Numbered from the stretch's first letter, positions 28,482-38,459 are shown. The stretch: DNA of 64,000 nucleotides from an uncultured Candidatus Saccharibacteria bacterium (GCA_964512835.1 CAZELA010000001.1:489372-553371); one strand, 5' to 3'. A program made the numbers and translations. Notes: generated from the letters alone by a model not told the origin.

Positions 28482-28850
28482 ATGAAAATAACGTCCGATT
28501 GGCGTTCAAAGCAAATGGCACGCGTGCGCACTCTCATAAAACAGGCCGCACCGAAAGTGACCGAGGAAATAAAGTACCGCACAAAAACCAATCCCGGCGG
28601 CGTTCCCTGCTGGTACCTCGACGGCATGATCTGCACCGGCGAAACCTACAAAGAGCACCTGCGCTTTACGTTCTCGAAAGGCCGTGCACTTAAGAAAGAC
28701 CACGATCCTAAAAACGTGTTGAATCGATTTACGGCGATCACACTGACCGAGACGGACAAACTGAACGAGACAGCTTTCAAACAGTTGATAAAAGCAGCGG
28801 TCGCACTCAACCGTGTACCGAAGGCAGCAAAGCCCACAAAGCGTTCATAA
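28482..28850 (+). CDS. DUF1801 (YdhG-like) domain protein
   Basis: 122 aa. The segment AAPKVTEEIKYRTKTNPGGVPCWYLDGMICTGETYKEHLRFTF is typical of DUF1801. Confidence 0.45.
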   Translation: MKITSDWRSKQMARVRTLIKQAAPKVTEEIKYRTKTNPGGVPCWYLDGMICTGETYKEHLRFTFSKGRALKKDHDPKNVLNRFTAITLTETDKLNETAFKQLIKAAVALNRVPKAAKPTKRS

Positions 28851-28886
28851 AAAAATCGCTCCGGAATTGCTTCCGGAGCGAGCGGG

Positions 28887-29117
28887 CTAACCCGCGTTAA
28901 AGGAACCGATGATGCGTCCCTCGACGACCGACGAGCAAGCCCGTCCGATCATCTCGCACGACACCATGTTCGCATCCGCCCAAATCTTACCCTCGTCTCC
29001 CGTTTCCTCGTTGGCGAGTTGTCTCGCTCGTTTTGCCGAGGACGCGGCGATGACCATGGCATCGTAGGTATCGTAACCTTGATACCCAGCGAAATTTACA
29101 AGTTTGTAGATTTTCAT
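28887..29117 (-). CDS. small hypothetical protein
   Basis: 76 aa; GGAGA lies 5 nt upstream of MKIYKLV. Confidence 0.4.
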   Translation of the reverse strand: MKIYKLVNFAGYQGYDTYDAMVIAASSAKRARQLANEETGDEGKIWADANMVSCEMIGRACSSVVEGRIIGSFNAG

Positions 29118-29282
29118 TGATCTCTCCGTGACTTGAGTGTGGACTCCCGGTCCTTCAAGCGCGGATGCAAACAACGAAATCTGCGGCGGATACGTACCGG
29201 CGTATTATTCATTGAATAACGTATTTGTCAATATGAAAACGCGGCAGAGCAATTGCCCTACCGCGTGTCAGCTATTGAAGGA

Positions 29283-29789
29283 TCATGAGCTCCCTACGAA
29301 CGGTAGCTTGCTGCGAATCGCTTTGAGGCCTTCGACCGAGTCGAAGAACACGTCGACGACCGTGTCGGCCGAGACCTTGAGGAACGATGTGCTCGTGACC
29401 ACGATCACGCACTCCTCAGCGGCCACTTCGATGTACCAGGCGTCTTCCTTGTACGTGGCACGAGCCATACGGCGCACTTCGGACTGTAGCTCGTTGACGA
29501 GATCCTCGACCTCGTTCGGCACGAACCACCGCGCGATGCGATGCAAGAGCCCCCGTTTCACTTCATCGGTCAGTTCGCCGTGAGACGTTATGCGCAGCCG
29601 GCCACCGACCTCCTGCGTGGCAGCGAGCGCTCGCAGCGACATCGGTATCACGACAGCGAGCGCCTTCGACATCAACGACTCCTTGAACGGCACCAACTTG
29701 AAAGCGGTGCCGACCAAAAACGGAAGCGGGGCCGCAATCGCGGCGAGAACCGCCTTGGTCAGATTTTCACTCGGTTCATAGACTTCCAC
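29283..29789 (-). CDS. hypothetical protein
   Basis: 168 aa, helical, no recognised motif. Confidence 0.4.
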   Translation of the reverse strand: MEVYEPSENLTKAVLAAIAAPLPFLVGTAFKLVPFKESLMSKALAVVIPMSLRALAATQEVGGRLRITSHGELTDEVKRGLLHRIARWFVPNEVEDLVNELQSEVRRMARATYKEDAWYIEVAAEECVIVVTSTSFLKVSADTVVDVFFDSVEGLKAIRSKLPFVGSS

Positions 29790-29822
29790 GGTGATTCTCC
29801 CTGCGGTGAGCTGTATTCGGCC

Positions 29823-30128
29823 TCAGTACGTTTTGTATTCAGGATCGCGGTTCCAGTGGCAGGACTGCGCGGCATATTCGATGACGCCCGCCTGCGAATA
29901 GAACGTCTCTTCCCCGAAATCATGCTCAAAATGCGTGATGATGCTGCGTGCAGCATCAACCACCACTTCGGGTGAAAAGTCCGCAGTCATTTTTCCGACC
30001 ATCAGCCTACCCTTCGGCAGCGAGAGCACCGATGCCGCCATGGACTTCTCGGTGAGCTTTACGGCAGTCGTCGGGTTCAATTGTGCCTCGGCTTTCACGA
30101 ACGCCTCCCTCTTGTGAGCCGGGCGCAT
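29823..30128 (-). CDS. hypothetical protein
   Basis: 101-aa ORF. Confidence 0.35.
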   Translation of the reverse strand: MRPAHKREAFVKAEAQLNPTTAVKLTEKSMAASVLSLPKGRLMVGKMTADFSPEVVVDAARSIITHFEHDFGEETFYSQAGVIEYAAQSCHWNRDPEYKTY

Positions 30129-30202
30129 AGTGCGATATCAACCTAAGAGTGTCAAACAACAGAGTTCCGCGACGCGGAGCTCTTTGATGCACATAGGCAG
30201 GA

Positions 30203-30994
30203 TCAGTACTGCTTCAAAAGATCGATGAGGATGGCAGCTTTGCGCAATTCCACGCCGATCAGTTCGTCCTCTGCGGCGCCGGCATTCGGCTTGTAGATTT
30301 CTTGGCCGAAATTCGGCACGAACATCTCGTGATGCGCATACTCGGCCTCGCGGAGCGCCGTAACAAAGTTCCCGAGACCGAACTCGACGTGCGCGATCAT
30401 TGCCCGGATCACGTGCTGTGGCGAATTCCTGTTCACGTGATCACTGAAGCGCTCTGTAGCCCGAGCGCGCACTTCCTGATCATCGTCCGTCCCGAAGAAT
30501 CCGCGCGGATCCGACAGGATACGCATGGTGTCGCCGGCGTACGGAAGCGCTTCCTCCAAAATCGGGCGTATCTCGATCATGTACGCCTCGACGAGCCTCT
30601 TGAAGATACCGTCGTAACCCATGATTTCGAGATACCGCGCAAGTACTTCGACGCCGGTCGCACCATAGACCGCCTCGGTGCTAAAGACCGTTTCGCGCAC
30701 GATATCCTCCGCAGAGAGATCAGGCTTCGCCGGCAGATCGACCCAGCGTGTACGCTCGACCCCTTCGGCCCATTCGATGTACATACCATCGAGACGCATC
30801 TTGAGCGCGGTCGCGTGCTTGATCTGAAAGTCGTACACGCTACCCAAGTCTTCGAAGTTCCTTTCGAGCAGCGTATTCCACTGCTCGATGCGCTCCTTGT
30901 GCTCGCGGAGTTTGAGCGGCGGCGTGAGCGTTTTGTCGCGACTCATCTCCATGAGGCGGAGCGTTGTTTCTCGGCTTGCGAGCTGTATCGGCAT
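30203..30994 (-). CDS. hypothetical helical protein, probably co-transcribed with the ArsR-family gene
   Basis: 263 aa. Only a 71-bp gap separates it from the regulator gene, with no strong terminator between. Confidence 0.45.
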   Translation of the reverse strand: MPIQLASRETTLRLMEMSRDKTLTPPLKLREHKERIEQWNTLLERNFEDLGSVYDFQIKHATALKMRLDGMYIEWAEGVERTRWVDLPAKPDLSAEDIVRETVFSTEAVYGATGVEVLARYLEIMGYDGIFKRLVEAYMIEIRPILEEALPYAGDTMRILSDPRGFFGTDDDQEVRARATERFSDHVNRNSPQHVIRAMIAHVEFGLGNFVTALREAEYAHHEMFVPNFGQEIYKPNAGAAEDELIGVELRKAAILIDLLKQY

Positions 30995-31065
30995 GGGGGC
31001 CCTCCGGTTTGCTATGAATCCGCAGACACTTTTTCACAGATCCCGCATTCGGGAAAGGGCAGCAC

Positions 31066-31371
31066 CTACTCATCCTTGGCCGGCTTCAGAGCCGAAAATT
31101 CGTCGATGAATTTCATGAATATCTTACCGTAGCGAGACAGTTTGTGGCGTACATCCCTCCCCTCGTGAACCTTTTCTATAAGCCCGGCGATCGCGAGTCG
31201 ACGGGTGTGTTCGGAGACGGTCTTGAGATTCGCGTTCAGGCCATCTGTTATCGCAATAAGCGAAGCGCCCGGGTTCGAGCGGAGGTAGAACAAAATCCTG
31301 ATCCGCGTGTGATTCGCGACACCCTTGAAGTGACGTTCGAGCTTTTTTGGTCCTTTGGTAGACAGTGCCAT
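31066..31371 (-). CDS. ArsR/SmtB family winged-helix transcriptional repressor
   Basis: MALSTKGPKK...HTRIRILFYLRSNPGASLIAITDGLNANLKTVSEHTRRLAIAGLIEK matches the HTH_20/ArsR fold. Start at 31371 (the track ORF extends upstream artifactually). Confidence 0.7.
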   Translation of the reverse strand: MALSTKGPKKLERHFKGVANHTRIRILFYLRSNPGASLIAITDGLNANLKTVSEHTRRLAIAGLIEKVHEGRDVRHKLSRYGKIFMKFIDEFSALKPAKDE

Positions 31372-31376
31372 ACGCA

Positions 31377-31413
31377 CATATTCCCACATTCTTGAGAATA
31401 TGAGAATGTCTTG
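31377..31413. promoter_or_regulatory. 37-bp quasi-palindromic operator immediately upstream of the ArsR-family gene (autoregulatory site)
   Basis: acatattcccacattcttgagaatatgagaatgtctt begins 6 bp from the start codon; 13-2-13 inverted repeat. Confidence 0.55.
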
Positions 31414-31430
31414 CAACGAAAACGACCGCA

Positions 31431-31976
31431 TCACGGGGATGCGGTCGGTTGGTGCCTTGCAAAGAGCGCGTCGCACGCATCACGAGCAATTTTCTCTGAC
31501 AGGGCCGCGGTCGTTGCGATATTCCTCCAGTGATCGGCGTCGAGCACGACGTGTCGCTTCGCCGCCGGATGGCGAGTGCCCCACAAGACGACGCGATCGT
31601 GACTACTTTGAAACGTGACGATCGGTGCGGGCAGATCGCCGCGCGCACCGAGTACCCGCGTATATCCCACATAGTTATGCGGCGAATTTATGGTCACAAT
31701 GCCGACTACCGGCGTATTGCGCAGCCGCTGAGCGATCGCACAGGCGATCACCCCACCTAGACTGTGTCCCACGATGAGCGATTCCATCCCATCGTCATAG
31801 CGCTGCACCAGTGCATCGCGGTAGCGAATCATGCGCGGTATATCGATGGGCAGCATGCCTCGCTCTTCGGTATTTTGAATGTCCGCGATCGGTGCACGGT
31901 ATGCGATCGCGCGCGCAACGACAGGCACAACCGGGTTGTCGAAGCACCATACGCCGTTGACTCCCAATAACCTCAT
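31431..31976 (-). CDS. alpha/beta hydrolase (lipase/esterase-like)
   Basis: 181 aa with a GHSLGG nucleophile elbow. Confidence 0.6.
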   Translation of the reverse strand: MRLLGVNGVWCFDNPVVPVVARAIAYRAPIADIQNTEERGMLPIDIPRMIRYRDALVQRYDDGMESLIVGHSLGGVIACAIAQRLRNTPVVGIVTINSPHNYVGYTRVLGARGDLPAPIVTFQSSHDRVVLWGTRHPAAKRHVVLDADHWRNIATTAALSEKIARDACDALFARHQPTASP

Positions 31977-32056
31977 TCGCTCCTCCCCTCTTAGCTCGCG
32001 CTGTTATCCCATGTTACAGGGTACGCGTCAAAGCGTGCGTGCCGTATCATACGTGC

Positions 32057-32920
32057 ATGCGTGACACGCTCCGCGAGATCGCCCTCCCTTTTGTTTTGGG
32101 TGTGATCGTCGCTGCAGGCGTATCCGTTTACGATCGTGTAGCAACACCGGTCGAGGCGTACGAACGTCGAGTGCCGTCGTTCGACGAAATGGTATCGACC
32201 GAAGTCGCCATGAGCGACCCTCATCAACTACTGCCTGATCTCGTGCCGCTACCGGCCCGCGACCTCACCTTGAGTATCGGTGCAAACGGTCATTTACAGC
32301 TTCTGTTCAGTACGACCTATTACAACCAGGGCGCAGGGCCGCTCGAATTGCGCGCTGATCCTGCAACAACCGGCATCTTCGATGACATCGACCGCGTTGT
32401 ATCGCAGCGCGTTTTTGCGAGAGACGGCTCCTTCGTGGACAGAAAAGTGGGCGTGTTCCGATGGCATCAAACGCATCTGCATTACCATTTCTCAGATTTT
32501 GTTTCTTATATACTCACCTCCGAAACTGCGCACGATGATCCGATCAGACTGGAAAAAGCGACATTTTGTATCCGCGACGTGAGCAGATTGAAACAGGAGG
32601 TGCCCGACAAAAAGAATGCCGCCACCTATACGATCTGCGGCAAAGAGCGCCAGGGTGTATCTGTCGGTTGGGGCGACACCTATTATTACAACTATCCGGA
32701 CCAATCGATCGATCTCAATGACATACCGACAGGCACGTACCGCTTGTCGTTCGTGGTAAACCCCGCGGGCGCACTCCGCGAGCAGGCATATCTCAACAAT
32801 CGAAGTTATGTCGTGTTCGCTTTCAATAAGGAGGACCACACCGTAACGATCCAAAAAGAATTTCCCGATCACCCGCCCGAGGTCGAACACGTACATTTGG
32901 ACGACCCGTTCGGCATGTAG
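32057..32920 (+). CDS. lysyl oxidase (LOX)-like copper amine oxidase homolog
   Basis: FRWHQTHLHYHF (compare LOX WEWHSCHQHYH), KATFC (LTQ lysine), GDTYYY (LTQ tyrosine), QSIDLNDIPTGTYRL...VNP...YLNN (compare [21 protein letters not shown]...YTNN). N-terminal TM anchor. Confidence 0.6.
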   Translation: MRDTLREIALPFVLGVIVAAGVSVYDRVATPVEAYERRVPSFDEMVSTEVAMSDPHQLLPDLVPLPARDLTLSIGANGHLQLLFSTTYYNQGAGPLELRADPATTGIFDDIDRVVSQRVFARDGSFVDRKVGVFRWHQTHLHYHFSDFVSYILTSETAHDDPIRLEKATFCIRDVSRLKQEVPDKKNAATYTICGKERQGVSVGWGDTYYYNYPDQSIDLNDIPTGTYRLSFVVNPAGALREQAYLNNRSYVVFAFNKEDHTVTIQKEFPDHPPEVEHVHLDDPFGM

Positions 32921-32932
32921 CATACTCAGGCC

Positions 32933-34051
32933 ATGACCCGTTTGCTCATCGGCTTACTTGCGATCCCCGTCGTTCTGTATCTGGCACTGGTCGCTATTTC
33001 TCCTCGCGAGGCGTCTCCGCTCGTACCCGTAGAGACCGCAACTTCGACGGATCGCGTGCAATCAGAGCCGGACCGAGTGATTGCCGATACACTCAGTATC
33101 CCGTGGGACATCGCATTTCTACCCGACGGATCCATGCTCGTAACCGAACGGACCGGTGATGTACTTCATATAACCGATAACGGAAGCTCAACCCGCCTCT
33201 CGGTCACGCGTTCAGTGAGCGGCGAGGCCGGCCTTTTGGGAATCGTGTTGCACCCGAACTTTGCGACCAACAACTACGTATACCTCTATCTATCCACTGC
33301 AGAGGGCGACGGCACGAAGAATGCCGTTATTCGGTATACCTATGCAAACGAAACCCTTACGAAAGACAAAGACATCATCGCGAACATTCCGGGCGCTCTG
33401 TATCACGACGGCGGCCGATTGGAGTTCGGTCCGGACGGTAAGCTGTACATAACGACCGGTGATGCGACGCGAGGTACGCTCGCCCAGAACAAAAATTCGC
33501 TCGCCGGAAAAATTCTTCGATTGAACGACGACGGCACCGTGCCGTCTGACAATCCGTTCGGTACCGCCGTGTGGTCATACGGGCACCGCAATCCGCAGGG
33601 ACTCGCATGGGATTCCAGCGGTCAGCTGTGGGAATCAGAGCACGGGCCGACCGGTGAAGACGGTCGCTGCTGCCATGACGAGATCAATAAAATCGAGGCC
33701 GGGGGTAACTACGGATGGCCGGACGTGATCGGAGATGAAACAAAGGCGGGAACAATCGGGCCGGTCCTGCAGTCAGGCGATGATACCTGGGCGCCCGCAA
33801 GTCTCATGTATTGGAACGGGTCACTGTACTTTGGTGCACTGAAAGGCACGGCACTGATGCGCGCACCATTCTCCGGCGGAACCGTCGTTCGTACCGAACG
33901 TACACTCAGTGATACGTACGGCAGAATTCGAACCGTCCGTGTCGGGCCCGACCGCATGTTCTATATAACGACGAGCAATACGGACGGCCGCGGACGAGCA
34001 CTCCCGATCGACGACCGCATCGTGCGCGTCGATCCGTCATCGCTGCGGTAG
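32933..34051 (+). CDS. PQQ-dependent soluble sugar (glucose/sorbosone) dehydrogenase, YliI-like
   Basis: Beta-propeller motifs PWDIAFLPDGSMLVTER, GRLEFGPDGKLYITTGD, GHRNPQGLAWD and NYGWP. Confidence 0.75.
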   Translation: MTRLLIGLLAIPVVLYLALVAISPREASPLVPVETATSTDRVQSEPDRVIADTLSIPWDIAFLPDGSMLVTERTGDVLHITDNGSSTRLSVTRSVSGEAGLLGIVLHPNFATNNYVYLYLSTAEGDGTKNAVIRYTYANETLTKDKDIIANIPGALYHDGGRLEFGPDGKLYITTGDATRGTLAQNKNSLAGKILRLNDDGTVPSDNPFGTAVWSYGHRNPQGLAWDSSGQLWESEHGPTGEDGRCCHDEINKIEAGGNYGWPDVIGDETKAGTIGPVLQSGDDTWAPASLMYWNGSLYFGALKGTALMRAPFSGGTVVRTERTLSDTYGRIRTVRVGPDRMFYITTSNTDGRGRALPIDDRIVRVDPSSLR

Positions 34052-35362
34052 TCAGCGCTCTTTCCACTCCGGATCCATACGGACGAGCAGCTCATCGGCT
34101 CGCAACGGCTCCGCCATAATGGCGAGCACTGTTTTTTCCATACGCATACTTTGCGACCCCTTTACCAGCACTACGTCACCCGCCTTCAAATCTCCGGCGA
34201 GCTCGATGCCCGCGCGCTCAGCCTCGTTCATTTCGTATTGCATGATCGATGACTCCTTCATTCCCGCGTCAAGCGCACTCTCTGCGATTAGGCGTGCGCG
34301 GAATCCGACCGTTTTCAACAGATGCGCCGTTTCCGAAACACGCTGCCCTACATGTTTATGTGCCTCGGCTGAGTACCGACCGAGTTCGAGCATATCGCCC
34401 AACACGGCGATTCGGCGCTTTGCCTTGACCGATTTCAGTGTATCCAGAGCAGCCAAAACCGCTGCAGGCGACGAATTGTACGTGTCGTCGATAATAACCG
34501 AGCCTTTCAACCCCGGCAGTATGCGCACGCGACCCGGCGGCGGGTCCCAGGTGAGCAGGCCCGCGGCAGCGGTTTCGGCCGACACACCAATCGTTTCCGC
34601 TACAGCAAGTGCTGCAGTGGCTGCATATACCCTCGGGCGTCCGAGCGCGTGATACACAGCGATCGGTACCGAGGTTCCCTTTCGCATTACCTTGAACTGC
34701 ATGCCCGCCGGTACGTTGTTCTCGTACAAAATCGAGTCATCAAATGCGGCGTACGAATTATGCTGATCAAACCCGTAGGTCAAAGACGTGCCCTTGAACG
34801 AGTTCTGCAGCATTCGCATGCGCGCCTCATCACCATTGAGTATCAGCGTACCGCCCGGTTTCAAATAATCGGCAAGCGCCCGCTTTTCTTTTAAGACCTC
34901 GCCGGGCGAATTGAAATACTCCACGTGGACGGGAATATCCGGAACACCCGTTATGATCGAGATGTCGGGACGAAGCCAGGCCGCGATTTTGCGTATATCG
35001 CCAGGCCGATCCGCGCCCACCTCGAGCACGAGCCATTTGGGATACGTTGCGGAAAAGATGACCGTGAATCCGTGCAGAATATTGCCCGCCCACTTCCACG
35101 GATCGTTCCACCCGCTCTCGAGCCCCAGGATCGTAAGCGGTACGCCGAGTTCGCTGTTAAAGCTTTTGGCACTTTTTCGCACATGCAAACTACCCGAGAG
35201 TGCCGCATAGATTGCGTCCTTTGTGGTGGTTTTACCGACGGAGCCGGTCACCGCGACGACGTGCGGCTTATGACGCGCAAGCACGGCACGCGCTTCGACG
35301 GTCAGAATAAATACGACAAGAGAACGCAGAAACTTCACCATAGGTATGTATCGTATCATCAC
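34052..35362 (-). CDS. murF: UDP-N-acetylmuramoyl-tripeptide--D-alanyl-D-alanine ligase
   Basis: VVAVTGSVGKTTTKD P-loop (MurF-type TGSxGKT) and IIDDTYNSSPAAVLAAL (MurF DDSYNAN-like); 436 aa. Not MurE: it lacks the TGTNGKTT / DYAHTP signatures. Confidence 0.8.
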   Translation of the reverse strand: MMIRYIPMVKFLRSLVVFILTVEARAVLARHKPHVVAVTGSVGKTTTKDAIYAALSGSLHVRKSAKSFNSELGVPLTILGLESGWNDPWKWAGNILHGFTVIFSATYPKWLVLEVGADRPGDIRKIAAWLRPDISIITGVPDIPVHVEYFNSPGEVLKEKRALADYLKPGGTLILNGDEARMRMLQNSFKGTSLTYGFDQHNSYAAFDDSILYENNVPAGMQFKVMRKGTSVPIAVYHALGRPRVYAATAALAVAETIGVSAETAAAGLLTWDPPPGRVRILPGLKGSVIIDDTYNSSPAAVLAALDTLKSVKAKRRIAVLGDMLELGRYSAEAHKHVGQRVSETAHLLKTVGFRARLIAESALDAGMKESSIMQYEMNEAERAGIELAGDLKAGDVVLVKGSQSMRMEKTVLAIMAEPLRADELLVRMDPEWKER

Positions 35363-37083
35363 CGATCAGGCGGGATGTTGTAATAATTTATCAGGAATTT
35401 TGCCAGATCATCGAAGGGCTGTGCAAGTGTAGCCGATGCAAATTCGGCACCGTGCGGTTCAACAGTGAACAGGAATACGATGAGCTTCGGATCCTGCGCA
35501 GGAAAATATCCGAAAAACGAGTGTAGATAGCGATCTTCGTAGTACCCCTGTCCGGGGACCGCGATCTGAGCGGTACCCGTTTTTGCGGCGATCGAGTAGT
35601 GCTCCATCTTGTACTTGCCTTTTACGAGCGCATCGTCAAAGACTTCGGTAAGCATGACGCTGACTGTGCGCGCGGTCTCGGGCTTGAGCACGGCAACAGA
35701 TGACGATGCTTCGATCTCACGCGTGAGTCCGCTTGCGTAGCGAACGGCCGTTACCACATGAGGATTCGGCAACATACCGCCGTTTGCAAGCGCTGACAGC
35801 GCACGGGTCATTTCTATCGGCGAAACCGACACTCCCTGTCCGAACGACGCCGCTGCATAGTTCACATCCGGACCGTGCCCTTCGCCGAGTGTCGATATAT
35901 CGCCGGTTACTTCATTCGGCAGATCAATGCCGGTTTTATCGCCGAACCCGTACGCGCGCATGTACTGCGTGAACGTCGGATGTGTCATTTTGTCCGCGAT
36001 GAACGTGACTCCCAGGTTGAGTGATTGATTGAGAATCTCCTGCATCGGCACCGTATTACGAGCTTTGTGGTCAAAGTTACAAATCGTTTTCGTGCTTCGC
36101 TCTATACAGCCGGCGTCGTGGTAGGTGGTCGCGGTCGTGATAGCTCCTGAATCTATGCCGGCCGCGACCGTGAGCGGCTTCATGATGGAACCCAGCTCGT
36201 AGCGACCCTCGATGAGCGGATTGCCGAACACGGCCGGGTCCTCGACGGTGTTATACGAATTCGGATTAAACCCGGGGCGCATCCCGATCGCTCGGATTTC
36301 TCCGGTGTGCGGATCCATAACAATCCCGCCCGCGATCTTCGGTGTATAGGTCTTCATGACGCCATCGAGCACTTTTTCGAGCTCTGCTTGAGCCGACGGC
36401 TCGATCGATGTGATGATGTCGCCCTGGCGACCCGAAACATCGTGACTCAATAACGCACCCACGTTTGCAAAGATCTCCGCAAACGGATTCACGTAGAGCC
36501 CTGTCGCTCGCTCGATCAGTGTCGTCTCGTACGCGCGCTCAAGTCCGTAGACGCCCACCTTCTTATCTCCCTTGTAGCCCACGAATCCGATCGCCTGCGC
36601 GGCAAGCTCTCCTCCCGGATAGGTGCGCCACTGATCCTGTACCAGCAGCACACCTTTGAGCTTCAGTGCGCGTATCTTTTTTGCCGCCTCATCAGTCACA
36701 CGGAACGCGACCTCTTCGTACGGATCATCTGTCTTTTTAACACTTGCGTCATACCGCTCCCGGTCAATTTTTGTGATCCCGTTCATCGCGTTGTACGCGG
36801 CAACGGGATGCTCGATGTCGGCCGGCGTAATAGCAATACGGTAGCCCGACTGCATTACGGCAGCTGCAACGTATGCCCCGTCCTTCGTCGTAAAATAAAT
36901 ATTTCCGCGGTTCACCGTGTCGGGACTCTGCTCCACATATTGTGAGGTCGCACTGCGGCGATACGCCTCCCCGCGAGCAATCTGCAACACGTAGAGACGC
37001 GCAATTAAAAAAACCGCAACTACCATGAAAAAAACGCCGATCAGGCGTGTGCGAAATGCGATGTTATTTTTCATAGCGCGCAC
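35359..37083 (-). CDS. ftsI: penicillin-binding protein (FtsI-like transpeptidase)
   Basis: N-terminal TM, a dimerisation domain and a transpeptidase domain with SxxK (GSIMKP), SxN and KTG (AKTGTAQ) motifs. Confidence 0.8.
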   Translation of the reverse strand: MRAMKNNIAFRTRLIGVFFMVVAVFLIARLYVLQIARGEAYRRSATSQYVEQSPDTVNRGNIYFTTKDGAYVAAAVMQSGYRIAITPADIEHPVAAYNAMNGITKIDRERYDASVKKTDDPYEEVAFRVTDEAAKKIRALKLKGVLLVQDQWRTYPGGELAAQAIGFVGYKGDKKVGVYGLERAYETTLIERATGLYVNPFAEIFANVGALLSHDVSGRQGDIITSIEPSAQAELEKVLDGVMKTYTPKIAGGIVMDPHTGEIRAIGMRPGFNPNSYNTVEDPAVFGNPLIEGRYELGSIMKPLTVAAGIDSGAITTATTYHDAGCIERSTKTICNFDHKARNTVPMQEILNQSLNLGVTFIADKMTHPTFTQYMRAYGFGDKTGIDLPNEVTGDISTLGEGHGPDVNYAAASFGQGVSVSPIEMTRALSALANGGMLPNPHVVTAVRYASGLTREIEASSSVAVLKPETARTVSVMLTEVFDDALVKGKYKMEHYSIAAKTGTAQIAVPGQGYYEDRYLHSFFGYFPAQDPKLIVFLFTVEPHGAEFASATLAQPFDDLAKFLINYYNIPPDR

Positions 37084-37085
37084 TG

Positions 37086-37430
37086 CTAAATAGCATTGCG
37101 CTCTATTGTATCAGCCGTTTCAGCCGCCGCAGTCGCGCCCGGTCGATACACATAGTCGGTCCCGCCCACCTGCGAGAGTCCGAGGGACTCGCCGGTCTGA
37201 GGTGTCACGGCTGCAGAGAGGTCGAAATACTGCTTTTCCAACATGGCTATCGAGCTCTGCAAAGCGACACTGGAGCGAGACGCTTCTTTACGGGCAATGA
37301 TGTTCAGGACGGATGCGCCGACAAAGTACAGGTAGCCGCACAAAATTATACCTAGCAGCGCAAACAAAACACGGAATGCGACCCGCTCAAACGAATATTC
37401 AACTGACAATGCTGCTATGTGTTTGTTCAT
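37086..37430 (-). CDS. ftsL: cell-division protein FtsL-like (single-pass membrane, coiled coil)
   Basis: 114 aa with one TM helix, in the conserved position between rsmH and ftsI. Confidence 0.45.
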   Translation of the reverse strand: MNKHIAALSVEYSFERVAFRVLFALLGIILCGYLYFVGASVLNIIARKEASRSSVALQSSIAMLEKQYFDLSAAVTPQTGESLGLSQVGGTDYVYRPGATAAAETADTIERNAI

Positions 37431-38383
37431 ATTTTTTCTATCACGCGCAGCTTAGCGCTGCGTGAACGGGGGTTGTCTGTTACCTCCCGCTCGCTTGGCG
37501 TGACGGGCCGACGAGTGACAAGTGTTCCCTGTCCTTCGCGAGCCCATTCTGCAAAGCGATGCTTTACGATCCTGTCTTCTGAGCTGTGAAATGAAATAAT
37601 CGCAATACGACCTTTCGGGCTGAGCAACGACCACGCGGCGTCCATACCAGCTCGAAGTGCCCCAAATTCATCATTGACCGCAATGCGGAGCGCCTGAAAC
37701 GACTTTGTAGCCGGATGAATCTTCCCGTGCCGATATGCAGCCGGTACCGCCGACTTGATGATGTCGGCGAGCTGCCGCGCCGTCTCGATACGCTTTTCTG
37801 CACGCTCACGAACGATACGCTCTGCGATGCGTCGCGAGTACCGCTCTTCGCCGAATCCGTACAAGACGTCGGCGATCGATTCCTCGGACCAGTCGTTGAC
37901 GATAGTCCCCGCCGTGAGCGACTGCTCTTTGGCATAGCTCATCGTGAGCGGTTCATCGGATTGAAACGAAAAACCGCGTCCTGCGCTCAGCTGGAATTGC
38001 GACCAGCCGAGATCAAGCAGCACCTTATCAACGGACCGCACCTGCACACTTGCAAGCGCATTCTTCAGATTTCGGAAGTTGTCGTTGATAAGAAGCACGG
38101 TCGGCCCGTCGCCGGTAAGGGGGACGGGCGAACCGAACTCTCTGGGAGCGTGAGCATCCGCCAACATATCGCGAGCGCGGCTGACAGCATCTATATCGGC
38201 GTCGACCCCGATTAGGGTGCCGCCCTCGCCTAGCTGCTTCGCGATTGCGAGCGCATGTCCCGCGCCCCCCAGCGTGCCGTCTACGACGACATCGTTTCTT
38301 TTGAGCGACAGATATTCCACTGCCTCATGTAAAAGAACCGTTCGATGCCCATCGGAGGTTCGAGCTCCTGATGATGACGGCAT
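37427..38383 (-). CDS. rsmH: 16S rRNA (cytosine1402-N4)-methyltransferase
   Basis: HRTVLLHEAVEYL..VVDGTLGGAGHA..GVDAD..FHSSEDRIVK motifs. The track ORF (to 38494) over-extends into mraZ; start taken at about 38383. Confidence 0.8.
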   Translation of the reverse strand: MPSSSGARTSDGHRTVLLHEAVEYLSLKRNDVVVDGTLGGAGHALAIAKQLGEGGTLIGVDADIDAVSRARDMLADAHAPREFGSPVPLTGDGPTVLLINDNFRNLKNALASVQVRSVDKVLLDLGWSQFQLSAGRGFSFQSDEPLTMSYAKEQSLTAGTIVNDWSEESIADVLYGFGEERYSRRIAERIVRERAEKRIETARQLADIIKSAVPAAYRHGKIHPATKSFQALRIAVNDEFGALRAGMDAAWSLLSPKGRIAIISFHSSEDRIVKHRFAEWAREGQGTLVTRRPVTPSEREVTDNPRSRSAKLRVIEKI

Positions 38384-38459
38384 CGGGTTGCTGGAGGATT
38401 GTGAGCGTCGCGTGCGCATGACTATCAAAATTCCTCCAGCAGCCCGAAGCCACCGTTGT

